The translations under genes and the position numbers were made by a program. DNA of 64,000 bases, from assembly GCF_009914755.1 (NCBI RefSeq), contig NC_060936.1; one strand, written 5' to 3'. The notes under the pieces were generated by a model that ran no database searches, was not told the origin of the DNA, and worked only from the letters and a program-made list of their open reading frames with translations. This document shows, piece after piece, positions 1 through 19,298 of the stretch. How positions within the stretch are numbered: the first letter of the stretch is position 1; each line of letters starts with the position of its first letter. Source of the DNA: the human T2T-CHM13v2.0 reference genome, Homo sapiens.

Positions 1-674
<674 letters not shown>

Positions 675-2700
675 GCAGGTCTCTGCCAACAACAGATTCT
701 TTCAGATTTTATTTATCTGGGAATGTCTTAATTTCTCCATTTTTGAAGGATGGGTTTGCTGGATATAGAATACTTGGTTGACAGTCTTTCTTTCAGCACT
801 TTGAATATATCATCCCACTGCCTCTGGCCTCCATGGTTTTTATGAAAAGTTAGCTGCTAATCTTACTGAGGACCCTTTATATGTGATGAATCACTTTTCT
901 CTTCCTGCTATCATCATTCTTTGCCATGATTTCTTTGGCTTTGTCTTTACACTTTGAATGTGATACTCCTAGGTTTGGATCTCTTTGAGTTTATCCTACA
1001 TGGAATTTGTTGAGTTTCCTGGATATGCAAAATAGTGCTTTCATTAAATGTAGGAAGTTTTCAGCCATTGATTCTTCAAATATTATTTCTGTTTCTCTCC
1101 TTTTTTCTCTGGGACTTCTATAATGTATGTGTTGGTATATTTGATGGTATCCCACTAATTTCTGAGACTGTGTTCCTTTGTCCTCATTCCTTTTTTGTTC
1201 CATTTCTCAGATTGGATAATTTTAATATTCCTAGCTTTCAATTTGCTGATTCTTCTGCTATTTCATATCTGCCGAGGAGCCCTTCTAATGATTTTTTTAT
1301 TTTAGTTATTGTACTTTGCTAATTGGTTCTTTTTAATAATTCCTATCTCTATTGATATTCTCTTTGTTGTGCTTCCTTTAATTCTTTAGGTGAGATTTCC
1401 TTTAGTTCTCCAAATATGTATAACTGCTAAATATAAAAAGACTTCATCTAATAAATGCAATATCTGGGTGTCCTCAGGGACAGTTTTACTGACTGCTTTT
1501 TCCTCTCTGTGTTAGGACCATAGTTTTCCATTTCTTGGTGTATCTTGTAATTTTACATTGAGAACTGGACATTTTAAGTATTATAATGTAGCAAATCTGG
1601 AAATCAGGTATTTTCCCTGTTCAGGGTTTGTTGTTGCTTCTGTTTATTATTATCACTGTTACTGCTGCTTCCCTTTGTTTACTTTCCTGAACTACTTGTC
1701 TTTGTCATGTGTGACCACTTAAGTCTGTGTTCAATAAGTTTTGTTGTTAGCTAATGATTGGATTAGCTGGTGACTGCATTAAATGCCTAGTACCAGTAAT
1801 TTTCGTTTCTCTGCCTTTGCCTCATCTCATGGCTGTGTGTGAGTGTGTATTGAGGAAATGTGTTTAACGCTCCAGCAGGTAGTTTTCAGCTCTTCCTTAG
1901 CTTTTTTTTCTTGCCAGTGCAGAACCTCAAAGTCAGCCAGAGGTAAGGGATTAAGGTTTTCTCATGTCTTTCTTGGCCATGTGCACTGTCCTACACATGT
2001 GCATGGCCTTCTGCAATCTCAGGAATATGTTGGAGCTTTTTAGAGCCCCCTGTGCACATCTCATTTCCTAATTTTTCCTTTTAAGTTCTTTGGTTGACCT
2101 CTTGTTACGGTATCACTGCCTCAAGCAGCTACAATGTAAAATAATTCTTGCCGATTGCTTTCAACACTTTGGTGATAGTGCTGTTCACAGTATGAGCTCT
2201 GAGTATGAGGTTTAAAAAGAATGGCAAATCCTGCGCATGGAGCTTTTTGGGGGAGCTGCTAGGCAGGTCAAATAGTAAGACTTCTCTGAGGATGGGGTTT
2301 TGGGGGTAGCTTTAGACTACTTCTTCCCCCTTCAGTGGCTGCTAGGCTGCTATTTTTCACAGCTTCTATAGTTACAAGGCTGTTGGTTTTTAAGGCTACC
2401 ATGAAGCTAGGGAGATGGGGATGGGAATCAGTGAGGTTAACAGGTGTCATCATTCTTATAGAGATTTAGCCAGTTTTCCTCAAATAAATGCTCCTCAGAT
2501 GACATCAAGCACTTGCTCCTCAGATGACATGAAGCACTTGCTCCTCAGATGACATCAAGCACTTGGTTAATTTCCAGAGTTCTGCAAAGGCTGATTTTGA
2601 CAATTTTTGCCAGTGTTCTCATTGCTTTTATGGAGGGAGAGGGTTTTCCAAGATCTTTACTCAGCTATTCTAGGAAAGCTTCCCATTCCTATTTGTTTTT
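675..2700 (-). mobile_element. Old L1M 5'/ORF1 region, antisense (approximate bounds)
   Basis: Minus-strand ORF 991-1203 has ORF1p-like 'IIFEESMAENFLHLMK'; sequence resembles degenerate L1M ORF1 and 5' region. Confidence 0.7.
2489..2565. repeat. 25-bp tandem repeat x3 (TGCTCCTCAGATGACATCAAGCACT)
   Basis: Units start at 2489, 2514 and 2539; one mismatch in unit 2. Confidence 0.95.
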
Positions 2701-2829
2701 CCTTAGTTATTTGTAAGACCACCTAACTGCACAGCTCCAGTCCTAGTTACATACAAGCCTAGCCTATCTGAATGGCTTCTCCAAAGGGAGCAGCGTGCAA
2801 TGTTACTTGGGTTTTTTTTTTTTTTTTGG

Positions 2830-4330
<1,501 letters not shown>

Positions 4331-4382
4331 TATCATGCTGCTTTAAATTTTTTAAAATTAAGTTTTATTTCTCTCTTTTTAG

Positions 4383-4488
4383 CAAAGAAGTTTGTCATCC
4401 TGATATTGGTGGCAAGATCATAATGTGTCCTCAGTGTGATAGGCTTTGTCCATTCTGGAAACTCAATATTACTTGCGAGTCCTCAAAG
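4383..4488 (+). CDS. ANO6: ANO6 exon 9 (106 nt): KEVCHPDIGGKIIMCPQCDRLCPFWKLNITCESSK
   Basis: Pyrimidine tract + AG at 4381-4382, GTAATT at 4489; Cys-rich anoctamin extracellular loop; ends phase 0. Confidence 0.95.
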
Positions 4489-4811
4489 GTAATTTTTGCT
4501 ATTGCCAATATTTACACCTAATGAAAGATTTTTTTTCTAATGCTAATTTAGATAAAACATAGTATTGTATCTTTTTTCCTCTGAGGAATTAAGATATTTT
4601 TCAACTAACCTTTCAAACATTCTGGACATTAATATACAATGCTTTATTCCTCTTTTACAAATAATAAAATTGTGATTTAAGACCTTAGATAAAATCTCAT
4701 AGAGTGTCAGTGAGATAATAGTGGAATCTAAACTATTTGAGTATTTCAAGTAATCAAAGCAGAAATCTCAAACCCATTTTATCTTATAAATACTTTTTAA
4801 TAGATTCACTA

Positions 4812-5005
4812 CAGGTTGAGTATTCATTATCTGAAATGCTTGGGATCCAAGGTGTTTTGAATTTTGGATTTTGGAATATTTGCCTTAGACTTACGGGTTG
4901 AGCGTCCCTAATCCAAAACTCCAAAATCTGAAATGCTGCCTTGAGCATTTCCTTTGAACATTATGTCAGTACTCAAAAAGCTTTGGATTTGGGATACTCA
5001 ACCTG
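4812..5005. mobile_element. Tigger4/MER46-like MITE
   Basis: Perfect 12-bp terminal inverted repeats CAGGTTGAGTAT...ATACTCAACCTG, preceded by TA. Confidence 0.8.
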
Positions 5006-8000
5006 TGTAAGTATTTTCCTTAATTCAATTAAGTGGAAACCTGAAATCTGTACTTCTGTTTTCCCCCTTTCAACATATGCCAAAACTATGCTTAGATTGT
5101 AAAGACCCTGATGGTCAGATTTAGACTGTCTCTATAACTATGCATGAGAAGGGTTTTATATGTGATAAAAGGTATTTGTCTTAAAACATTGCCAGAAAAC
5201 ACATCTAGCTCTCCTTATACATGCAGATGGTCGTGAGCTTTATGACTTCTTAAAATTTGGGAGGTTTCAGACGAGCATGAAGAATGGAGGGAGCTTACTG
5301 AAAGCAGGCTGGAAACTCTGGACAGATAGATGGTCAGCTTATTTCAGAGCATTTTCCTTACAATCCTGACCTACGCTTCCCTCCGATGATCTTCTCTCTA
5401 TCCCCTTGTTCTACCATGAGAGTTTAGGAATCATTAGTATCCCTAGAACATTGTAGCCTACTCCATGTAAGTCAGATTTTAACGGAATGTATTGCTGTTA
5501 TACTGATGCCACTTTCTATATCATACTTTGCATAGTTCTTATACTTACCACTTTTGACATATACAACAACCCTGTGAGATAGACAGAACAGGCATTATCT
5601 CCATTTTTACAGCGTAAAATACTGGCTATCTGGGAGATCAAATAACCTGCCCAAAGTCACCCGCCTAGTAACTGGCAAAGTCAGAAATTTATAAGAAATC
5701 TGCATTTCTTGTCATTACCATATTCTTTGCCAGCTGACATTGCAGGCACTTTACTCAGATCCAGCTCTGTTTGAGAAATTGTTTCACTACTTAGTTAAGC
5801 TGATTGCAGGGTGTTGTCAACAGATGGATTTTTACACTTAATTTAGAAATTAAGCCCCCTCTCCCAAACCAACACAAACTCTAGACTATAAATATCTGTT
5901 GTAGATCACACAGAGTAAAAGACTTGAAGCTAGTAAGAGGGAAGCTGCTTCCAGTGATGCTGACTCAGAGGCTAAAGGGCACTAGTTAGCTGTACCCTGA
6001 AGCACTGGCTTTAAGGCAGATGCCAGCAATAAGACCAGAGGCAGATTGTCATCTACAAAGATGCAAGTGGAAGTTTCATTTTCCTTAAGAAGTTCTCTCG
6101 ACACTCCCCACACCCACCTCTTCTTCTTTCTTCTGCTCCACCTACCCTCCTTAAGCACATGACTTTCAAATATACCCCTGTGTGCATTTTTTTGTTTTGA
6201 AAAAAAAAAATTGAATCTTTAATTCTATTCTAGTTTCCTGAAGAATCCCTTGAGTCTTGTCAGAATGATTTTCAAGAAGAAAGAAACATGAAAGAATATA
6301 AGTAAGGGGACTAAATGGAAAAAAAAAAGTTTGAAAAAGAAAAAGCACTTTTTCTGGCTTTTCTGTTTGTGAATTATTTTTTCCTTCATACATTTATTTG
6401 TGTATTCATTTACACATCTTTCTTTTGGAAAGAGTACTAATTTACAGATATGCTTACCTTTTAGCAAATTAAAAATAGAAATATGAAATTAGGAAACAAT
6501 TACACAAATAATAAGGATTCATACTGTTTTTGTGATTATTGAATAAGATTCTTAGCTTTCTAGCTGGCAAGATAAAAGGGAAACATGGTAAGTTCTAATA
6601 TTCTGCTCATAAAAACATATTTAGTTATAAAATTTTGACTTTGCTGCTTTCCAGGAAGAAAGCATAACAAATTCTCATTTTTTTCCCCCAAAATTCTAGT
6701 TGGTTTCTCTGCTTAAAATCATCTTGCCTACATATGCAGCTCTTTCTTTTCTTTCCTGCTCTATGTGACTAAAGCAGTATGCTGATTCAGACCGCTCTTA
6801 ACACAGCTGTCTTGCCCTCTCTGTGCCATCCCACCTAGCAAGCTAAGCTAGGCTTCTTACCCAGTAAGCTCCTTGCTTCCTTTTTCCCTTACTTCCTGCT
6901 TCCACATAGTCCATGGAACACAGAGCAAAGAAGTCAGCCATCTTATTCTTTCTCAAGCGTCCAGGATTCTCACACATGTGGCAAGAATACGAACTTCATC
7001 CAGGCCTAACTCCCTCTCATAAGAGTGCTAGGCATGTCCGTCACCTTGAGCAAGGCAGCTGGACTGATCTTGACATTGGCAGTACACTTGCTCTTTCATA
7101 ATGCTCCCATTTTACCCTCTAGCACTGACAGATGTGTTTCCATTGACATTTTCTCAAAAGAGTAGAGCTAAGAATTCACAGGTGGGGTCTTCTTTTTGGA
7201 GTAGGTGGGCAGAAGTGTCAAGGCAAGTAGAGTGTTGTCAAATACTTAGAAGATTGCATTGACTCCTAAAATGGAAGTGGCATTGGACAGAATCTTCAAT
7301 AATAGTATTACAACATGCAGAACTGTTTTTTATGGGACCTTTCTTATAATTTTACAATAAAGGATAAGGCATAACATTAAAACTTAATTTGGAGAAGATG
7401 GTTCCATAAGAGTCAAAGGTAAAAGATTTGAAATATGTGGTCTTATGGAATCCCTGGACAAGAGGAGTAGGTGGAAAGGATTGTTCCCCAGAGCAGGCAC
7501 GCATTTATTGTCTTCCTTGAGGTTTTTTAGAAGAATGATTGGGAGGAGGAGCCAAGATGGCCGAATAGGAACAGCTCCGGTCTACAGCTCCCAGCCTGAG
7601 CAACGCAGGAGACGGGTGATTTCTGCATTTCCATCTGAGGTACCGGGCTCATCTCACTAGGGAGTGCCAGACAGTGGGCGCAGGTCAGTGGGTGCACGCA
7701 CCGTGCGCGAGCCGAAGCAGGGTGAGGCATTGCCTCACTCGGGAAGTGCAAGGGGTCAGGGAGTTCCCTTTCCTAGTCAAAGAAAGGGGTGACGAACGGC
7801 ACCTGGAAAATCGGGTCACTCCCACCCGAATACTGCGCTTTTCTGACGGGCTTAAAAAACGGCGCACCACAAGATTATATCCCGCACCTGGCTCGGAGGG
7901 TCCTACGCCCATGGAGTCTCACTGATTGCTAGCACAGCAGTCTGAGATCAAACTGCAAGGCGGCAGCGAGGCTAGGGGAGGGGCGCCCGCCATTGCCCAG

Positions 8001-8448
8001 GCTTGCTTAGGTAAACAAAGCAGCCAGGAAGCTCGAACTTGGTGGACCCCACCACAGCTCAAGGAGGCCTGCCTGCCTCTGTAGGCTCCACCTCTGGGGG
8101 CAGGGCACAGACAAACAAAAAGACAGCAGTAACCTCTGCAGACTGAAATGTCCCTGTCTGACAGCTTTGAAGAGAGCAGTGGTTCTCCCAGCACGCAGCT
8201 GGAGATCTGAGAACAGGCAGACTGCCTCCTCAAGTGGGTCCCTGACCCCTGACCCCCGAGCAGCCTAACTGGGAGGCACCCCCCAGCAGGGGCACACTGA
8301 CACCTCACACGGCAGGGTACTCCAACAGACCTGCAGCTGAGGGTCCTGTCTGTTAGAAGGAAAACTAACAAACAGAAAGGACATCCACACCAAAAACCCA
8401 TCTGTACATCACCATCATCAAAGATCAAAAGTAGATAAAACCACAAAG

Positions 8449-9465
8449 ATGGGGGAAAAACAGAACAGAAAAACTGGAAACTCTAAAAAGCAGAACGCCT
8501 CTCCTCCTCCAAAGGAACGCAGTTCCTCACCAGCAACGGAACAAAGCTGGATGGAGAATGACTTTGACGAGCTGAGAGAAGAAGGCTTCAGACGATCAAA
8601 TTACTCTGAGCTACGGGAAGACATTCAAACCAAAGGCAAAGAAGTTGAAAACTTTGAAAAAAGTTTAGAAGAATGTATAACTAGAATAACCAATACAGAG
8701 AAGTGCTTAAAGGAGCTGATGGAGCTGAAAGCCAAGGCTCGAGAACTACGTGAAGAATGCAGAAGCCTCAGGAGCTGATGCGATCAACTGGAAGAAAGGG
8801 TATCAGCAATGGAAGATGAAATGAATGAAATGAAAGGAGAAGGGAAGTTTAGAGAAAAGAGAATAAAAAGAAATGAGCAAAGCCTCCAAGAAATATGGGA
8901 CTATGTGAAAAGACCAAATCTACGTCTGATTGGTGTACCTGAAAGTGATGGGGAGAATGGAACCAAGTTGGAAAACACTCTGCAGGATATTATCCAGGAG
9001 AACTTCCCCAATCTAGCAAGGCAGGCCAACGTTCAGATTCAGGAAATACAGAGAATGCCACAAAGATACTCCTCGAGAAGAGCAACTCCAAGACACATAA
9101 TTGTCAGATTCACCAAAGTTGAAATGAAGGAAAAAATGTGAAGGGCAGCCAGAGAGAAAGGTCGGGTTACCCTCAAAGGGAAGCCCATCAGACTAACAGC
9201 GGATCTCTCGGCAGAAACCCTACAAGCCAGAAGAGAGTGGGGGCCAATATTCAACATTCTTAAAGAAAAGAATTTTCAACCCAGAATTTCATATCCAGCC
9301 AAACTAAGCTTCATAAGTGAAGGAGAAATAAAATCCTTTACAGACAAGCAAATGCTGAGAGATTTTGTCACCACCAGGCCTGCCCTAAAAGAGCTCCTGA
9401 AGGAAGCACTAAACATGGAAAGGAACAACCAGTACCAGGCGCTGCAAAATCATGCCAAAATGTAA
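8449..9465 (+). pseudogene. L1 ORF1p (338 codons) broken by two in-frame TGA stops (8776-8778, 9139-9141)
   Basis: MGEKQNRKTGNSK... through ...HAKM*; fragments in the ORF track share one frame. Confidence 0.93.
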
Positions 9466-9528
9466 AGACCATAGAGACTAGGAAGAAACTGCATCAACTA
9501 AAGAGCAAAATCACCAGCTAACATCATC

Positions 9529-13342
<3,814 letters not shown>

Positions 13343-14747
13343 ACAATGAGATCACATGGACACAGGAAGGGGAACATCACACTCTGGGGACTGTTGTGGG
13401 ATGGGGGGAGGGGGGAGGGATAGCATTGGGAGGTATACCTAATGCTAGATGATGAGTTAGTGGGTGCAGCGCACCAACATGGCACATGTATACATATGTA
13501 ACTAACCTGAACAATGTGCACATGTACCCTAAAACTTAAAGTATAATAATAAAAGAAAAAAAAAGAATATTGAAAAAAAAAAAGAAGAAGAATGATTGGA
13601 TGACAGACAATTTAGGATTATGCTTGCTTTCTCATCACAATCAATGTGGACGATTGAGGGGGCCTTGAAAATTAGATGGATGAGAATGTCGCTATTCTTT
13701 TATGAAGATAACTAATATTTTTACATAGATGAAGGTTTATCCACTTTACATGAGTATGAAGAGCAACCCAAAAAATCACCTAAAGCAGACTTTTCTACTT
13801 TGAAGCAGCTTTGAATTTTCTTTCAGCATTTGAAAAGGTTTTTTTTTTTTTTACCTATAGCTTTTCTACCCAGTCCCTGTCCTTTTATATTATCTGTCAT
13901 AAAGTAGATATAATATGCTTGTCACTTTTTCCATTATCTTTATAGTAATTTTTAGGAAATGTAAAAATGCTCACTAATGAAAAATTAGTAACGAATTAAA
14001 ATATTTTCCAGGAACTCATAGAGGGAGATAGGCTACATATATAATAGCAAAAGGATAAAACTTAGCAGAACTAGTAAATAAAGCCTTATTTGGCCAGATA
14101 CGTTATTTATCATTCATGATCATTGTATTCATTGTAATGTTAGCAAAAGCACCTCTGCATCCTTTATTCCAATAGAAGCATCTGTCAGTGATGGTAGAAA
14201 AGCCATCATTGGGTTTAAGAAAACAGAGTTCTCCTGGAGGAGAGCCACTTCGAGATAAACCTCAGCTTTGTACGTCTCTTAACAGGAAAAACAGGAATTC
14301 TGAAACTTACCCTCTGACCAGGGTGGGATGATGATAAAATGTAAATCATATATCTAAAAGTTGCTTAGGGATCATTGTATTTGTAGATCCATACTGCTTC
14401 CTCAAATCCATTATGACAGCTCATAAGAGGCTGTTATTCAAGCCCAATGGAGGCTTTAAACACAGTGGAATTCTAGGAACTATACCTGTTTCCTTATTGG
14501 GATATGCAGAGTTTCACTGGAAAATACACTGGTTAATACAGCAAAGACTTTGCTTTGAAAAGAATCAAATTTCATCTATAAGTATGTAGTGGATACATTG
14601 AATGATGTATGATCATAGATGATTGTTAAACTAGGCATCACCTTTGAAAAGAACTTCAAGACTGTAGAATAGACAAAGCATTTCATATTTACTGAATCCT
14701 AATAAGTGGAGGATATGACTCATTTATATGTCATTTATATTTTCCAG

Positions 14748-14808
14748 AAATTGTGCATCTTCGACAGTTTTGGAACCCTGGTCTTTGCAGTATTTATGGG
14801 AGTATGGG
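14748..14808 (+). CDS. ANO6: ANO6 exon 10 (61 nt): KLCIFDSFGTLVFAVFMGVW
   Basis: ttttccAG acceptor, GTAAGT donor at 14809; phase 0 to 1; transmembrane segment. Confidence 0.95.
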
Positions 14809-14959
14809 GTAAGTTTTTTTTTTTTTTTTCATGCACTCAATTTGATAGTATTACACAGTTTTATGTAGGCTATCAAAGTAACCCACTTTTAGGATCTTGT
14901 ATTGCCCAGGCTTCAACTCCCCTAGAATTCCATTTATAACTGAGGGCATTTATCAGTTA

Positions 14960-15440
14960 ACTTTTACTATATTAAAATCTGCATCAAAATATAGTGGCTT
15001 AAAACAACAAACTTTATTTCTCATGTTTATTATTTCTCATCATTCTCTGGGTCAGCTGAGAGTTCTTCAGGCATGGGTTGGCTCAGCTGACTCTCCAGTA
15101 AGCTGGCAGCTCCACTGGGGATAGATGATCTTGCAACTAGAAACCCGGTTTGGTCTGTGGGGCTCGGCTGGGAAGGCTTCTCTGCTCCACATGGTGTCTC
15201 ATCTTCAAGTAGGCTAGCCCAGGAGTCTTGGTTTCAGGGTTCCAAAGAGAAGAGAGGACAAGCTTCAGTGCATATGCATTTTTAAGCCTATTGTTGCACC
15301 AAGTTAGCTAATGTCCCATCAACCAAAGTAAGTCATATGGCCAAACCAGCATCAATGTGGGGCGGTGGGAGTACTACCCAGTGGCTTGGATGTAGGAGGC
15401 ATGATTTGTTGGAAGCCATTATTGCAACAGCCCTCACAGT
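14960..15440. mobile_element. MLT1-type MaLR LTR (approximate)
   Basis: 'agtggcttaaaacaacaa', 'gtaggctagccca' and 'ccaaagtaagtcatatggcca' resemble MLT1. Confidence 0.55.
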
Positions 15441-17386
15441 GTGATACAACCTAACTTTTATGGGGGTGGAGATCAGGAGGAAGCAGCAACACAGTGATTA
15501 TGGGTGAGCTTTCTTTCTCATACACTTCTATGTGAGCGGATATTTAATGAGTATCTGCTACTCGTATAATAACAACAAACTCTACTTACTAACTAGAACA
15601 GATATAATTCTACAGGATCTAATTCCCATATGGGAACTTTACCACTATATATTATTTACTTTGGGATAGAATCATTAATACAATGAGGCAATTATCATTT
15701 TCTTTAAATGCAAACTTTAAATGTTTAATTGATCTGAATGTTCTAACGTAGAAGAAAAATTTCCATTTTCAAAATTAGATGCATTTCCAATTTCATTGTG
15801 TAAGTATGAGGAACAACAGAATTCAGGTTATAGGAAGGCAGAGGAAAAAACTGAACCAAGTTTCTTATTCTTTAAAAGACAACACGTCAATGTGTGTAAC
15901 TCACAGAATCAGTTATTTACGGTGTCCTCAGCAGTATTTCTGTTTGGTAGTGATTGTGCCTATGAAGAATTACCAAATGGATCACAGAACAGACAATCCA
16001 GTTATTTTGCTCACTTTTTAGAGATATTTGTTGCCGCTCCACAGATAAAGTGCACTGTAAGGTGGCCAAACATCCCAGTCAGTTACATTGGCATTCAGCC
16101 ATTTAGCATGTTTTGGCTGGAGACCAAACTCTGACTAATATTTGACCCATAGAAGAATAAAGATTGAATGTATGTATTAAGATCCTCTGTGCTCCTCCAT
16201 TGTAATACACCTTTCTCCGCCCTCCCCTTCCGCCCAGTAAGAGCTTAGGTGCTGAACACATGGGTCAGCATTTTAACTATTAACCGTACTCTCAGCGTTG
16301 AATCATAATGTATAACATTCTAACACATCTACTAAACTGCATATACTAATGGATGCTGATAGCCCCAATTAAAGAAGACATTTGAAATAAAGCAAAAAAT
16401 GTTAATTTTGACACTAGAAAGACAAGCCTCAAATTTACTAGCTAACCTTCCTTTCTCTGATCATTAACTACACCATGGTTATAGAACTGACTTACACATT
16501 AGCTGCTGATTTTATCTGATTTTTGAATGCAGAAAGTATTTCAGCACTGCCTATAGCATCGTATGTATATTTTTAAGGATATGTATGATAAACTTTAAGT
16601 GCTTTGTGTGGCTTTCCTTGTTACTTCTGCTTTGAGAACTACTGCTGTGAACCACTTTACAGAAAGTTTGAAATTGCAGAACCAAACAGGCTACAGCCTC
16701 TTGTGAAGTTATTCATATCACCACCATTATGTTCCTGCAGCATCTTTTTTGTGCCCAGACGCATATGGCACTTATTTTTCTGCTCCCTAGAAATTATGAA
16801 AGTTGAGAGTAGAAAACCTTTTGTAATCAATATAATATAAATCATATACGTACCTTAAAAATGTCCATCCTTTCAGGACAAGGCAGCCCACCTGTTCATA
16901 CTGATTCATAGAGTCCTAAACACCAACCCATGGTTGAAGTAAAGGTTCTAAACACATCCTGCCCACTCCCTTCCTTGTTGCATCTTGCCTACTTACACCT
17001 GATTCTCCCTGGATCAGACTTGGCTGCATGACTGCAATGTTTAATTTTCACCTTTGAGGGGTGAGTTCTAAACTAGGCCTACTTATTTCCAGAAAACCAC
17101 CAGTCATCTGGCTCACTAAGGATCTGGGGAACCAGGAAGCCTAACTAGCTGCACTTGGGGATCAGAAAACAGCTGCTGTGACTGTTACTTTCAGACCTGT
17201 GCTGCTTCTGCTAGGTCCACACCAGCAAAATAATGCATCTCCTGCTACCACCACCCTGACTCTGTTCAGCCCAGTTTCTGACTTAAGTGACATACAGATG
17301 CTTCTGAGAGGCATTTTAAAAAATCAGATCTGGAACCCTAGCTGCAAGAGAGTTTCTAGCCCTTGAATTAGGAGGTTGGAATAAAC

Positions 17387-17670
17387 GGCTGGGTGTGGTG
17401 GCTCACGCCTGCAATCCCAGCACTGTGGGAGGCTGAGGCAGGTGGATCACTGAGGTCAGGAGTTTGAAACCAGCCTGGCCAACATGGTGAAACCTCGCCT
17501 CTACTAAAATACAAAAATTAGCCAGGTGTGATGGTGCACACCTGTAATCCCAACTGGAGGCTGAGGCACAAGAATTGCTTGAATCCAGGAGGCAGAGTTT
17601 GCAGTGAGCCGAGATCACACTACTGCACTCCAGCCTGAGTGACAGAGTAAGACTCCATCTTAAAAAAAAA
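17387..17670 (+). mobile_element. AluS
   Basis: Alu dimer with A tail; near-TSD gttggaataaa/gttgcaataaa. Confidence 0.95.
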
Positions 17671-19298
17671 GTTGCAATAAAGGCTGAGGAAGTTAATCTA
17701 ACTTCTCTGCCTCTGTGGGTTACGAGGCCTAAATGGTTTCAAGGCGTTAAAACATCCTAGACCTTCAGCAGCAAACTCTTACAGCAACCAGAACATTCCC
17801 ATCTACCAGAGTGTGTCTCATCCTTAGACAATGCAGGATATAACACCATAACACTTTACTGCTCTGAAACCTTTTTATGTATATGTGCATCTTCTTCATC
17901 TGATGCATATTTTGTTTAGATACAGTAATATCCTGATTAAGAGGAAGAGCTGTTATTGATCCCCAAGTTCCAGACAACCTTTCTCTTTTCTTATTATATG
18001 TTGATGTAAGAGTTTTAACTGTGCCTAATCAGCTAGCACCTCTGGATTGCCAGAGAACAGAAGTGTGTTGCTCCCTGCTGAAGTTCTATCAGTTGTCTTA
18101 TTGCAGGGGGAGAGAGCAAAAGATACGGAACAGAAATTTCTGTCTGTGATCATGCACGGTCACCCCAGGGCTTGGTGCCCTCAATCTGGGACACACAGCA
18201 TTGTGAGTCAGCACTGGCGTGGCCCAGGAGTACTCCAAAACACTGGATGACTACTAGGTTAGCAGTGCCTTCCATAGACCCTGCAGAATCTGTGGCTGAG
18301 TGAAATAAGGAACTAAAACACTCACCTGTCGCTGCAATTCCCAGGGGTTTTCCTTCAAGGCTGAGGATTTGCTAACACCAGACTATGTCTTGCTTGCATT
18401 GCAATCCTATCACTTCCCAGGCAGAACTGCTTCCTATAGTTCAGAATTTCGTAAACAGAAGCATTTTACCCAGTATGTTCAAATTCAGGGAGGAGGGAAG
18501 AGGACATCCACTGTTCTTCCCTTATAGCACCGACTAGAGTTGCTTATGTTACTCTTTGTGAGAAAAGTTAAGAATATTATCATGAATTATCTCCTGTTGA
18601 TACCTTATAGATACTGAGATAGATACTAGATAGGTACTGAGTAAATGAGTGGCTATCACACTCCGATTTTAAAGATGAAGAAGATGACACTCAGGAAGAT
18701 TAAGCCAATTACCTAAAGCCCCATAGACAGAAAGTGACAAGCATAGAATAAGAGTTCTGCCAATAATTTGGCTATTATCAGTCTTTAGATTGATGACAAA
18801 ATACAGTGTATATTAATGAAGTTGCAGCAAGCTTTGAGAAAGATGCAGAAATAATTTGGTTTTTACTGACATAATTGCATTATTTTTGGTGCTGTGAAAA
18901 AAATGAGAATGGGTTAGAAAATGTCAGTTTAGTCTCCTTGGTTCTACCTCATGTGACACAGGTGCAGACCCTTCTTTCTATCGGAAAAATAAGAAACCAC
19001 CCATCTTCCAGCCTAATTTTAACAGGCTTATAAGTACCAGTTTTTCATTTATGCCTGTAGGTGTCAAAGTGCAACAAGATTTTAATGTGCTTAGTCACAA
19101 CATACTTTAAAAAATGGTTATGCTGGAAGAGTATGTTTGCAGTCTGTAAGGTAGAAGAGTACCCATGATAATTCCTTCAGCATGTTGACCCTGGACTCCT
19201 CCCCACAGTCAAGGTGCTAAAGCTTGATCTCACCAGTAAACTGTCAATGCTTCATGGTATATTCTCCATCTAGGGTTATCCTGGCCTCTTGCTAGGTA

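Noticed and set aside
2489-2565. Possible CRISPR-like array
   Set aside because: Repeats are contiguous with no spacers, in eukaryotic DNA; a simple tandem repeat.
7919-8446. 175-aa minus-strand ORF
   Set aside because: Antisense L1 5'UTR; only the last 24 codons correspond to ORF0.
15779-16845. Cluster of 60-112 aa ORFs as a nested gene or retrocopy
   Set aside because: No recognisable domain, poly(A)/TSD or exon structure; lengths fit chance.
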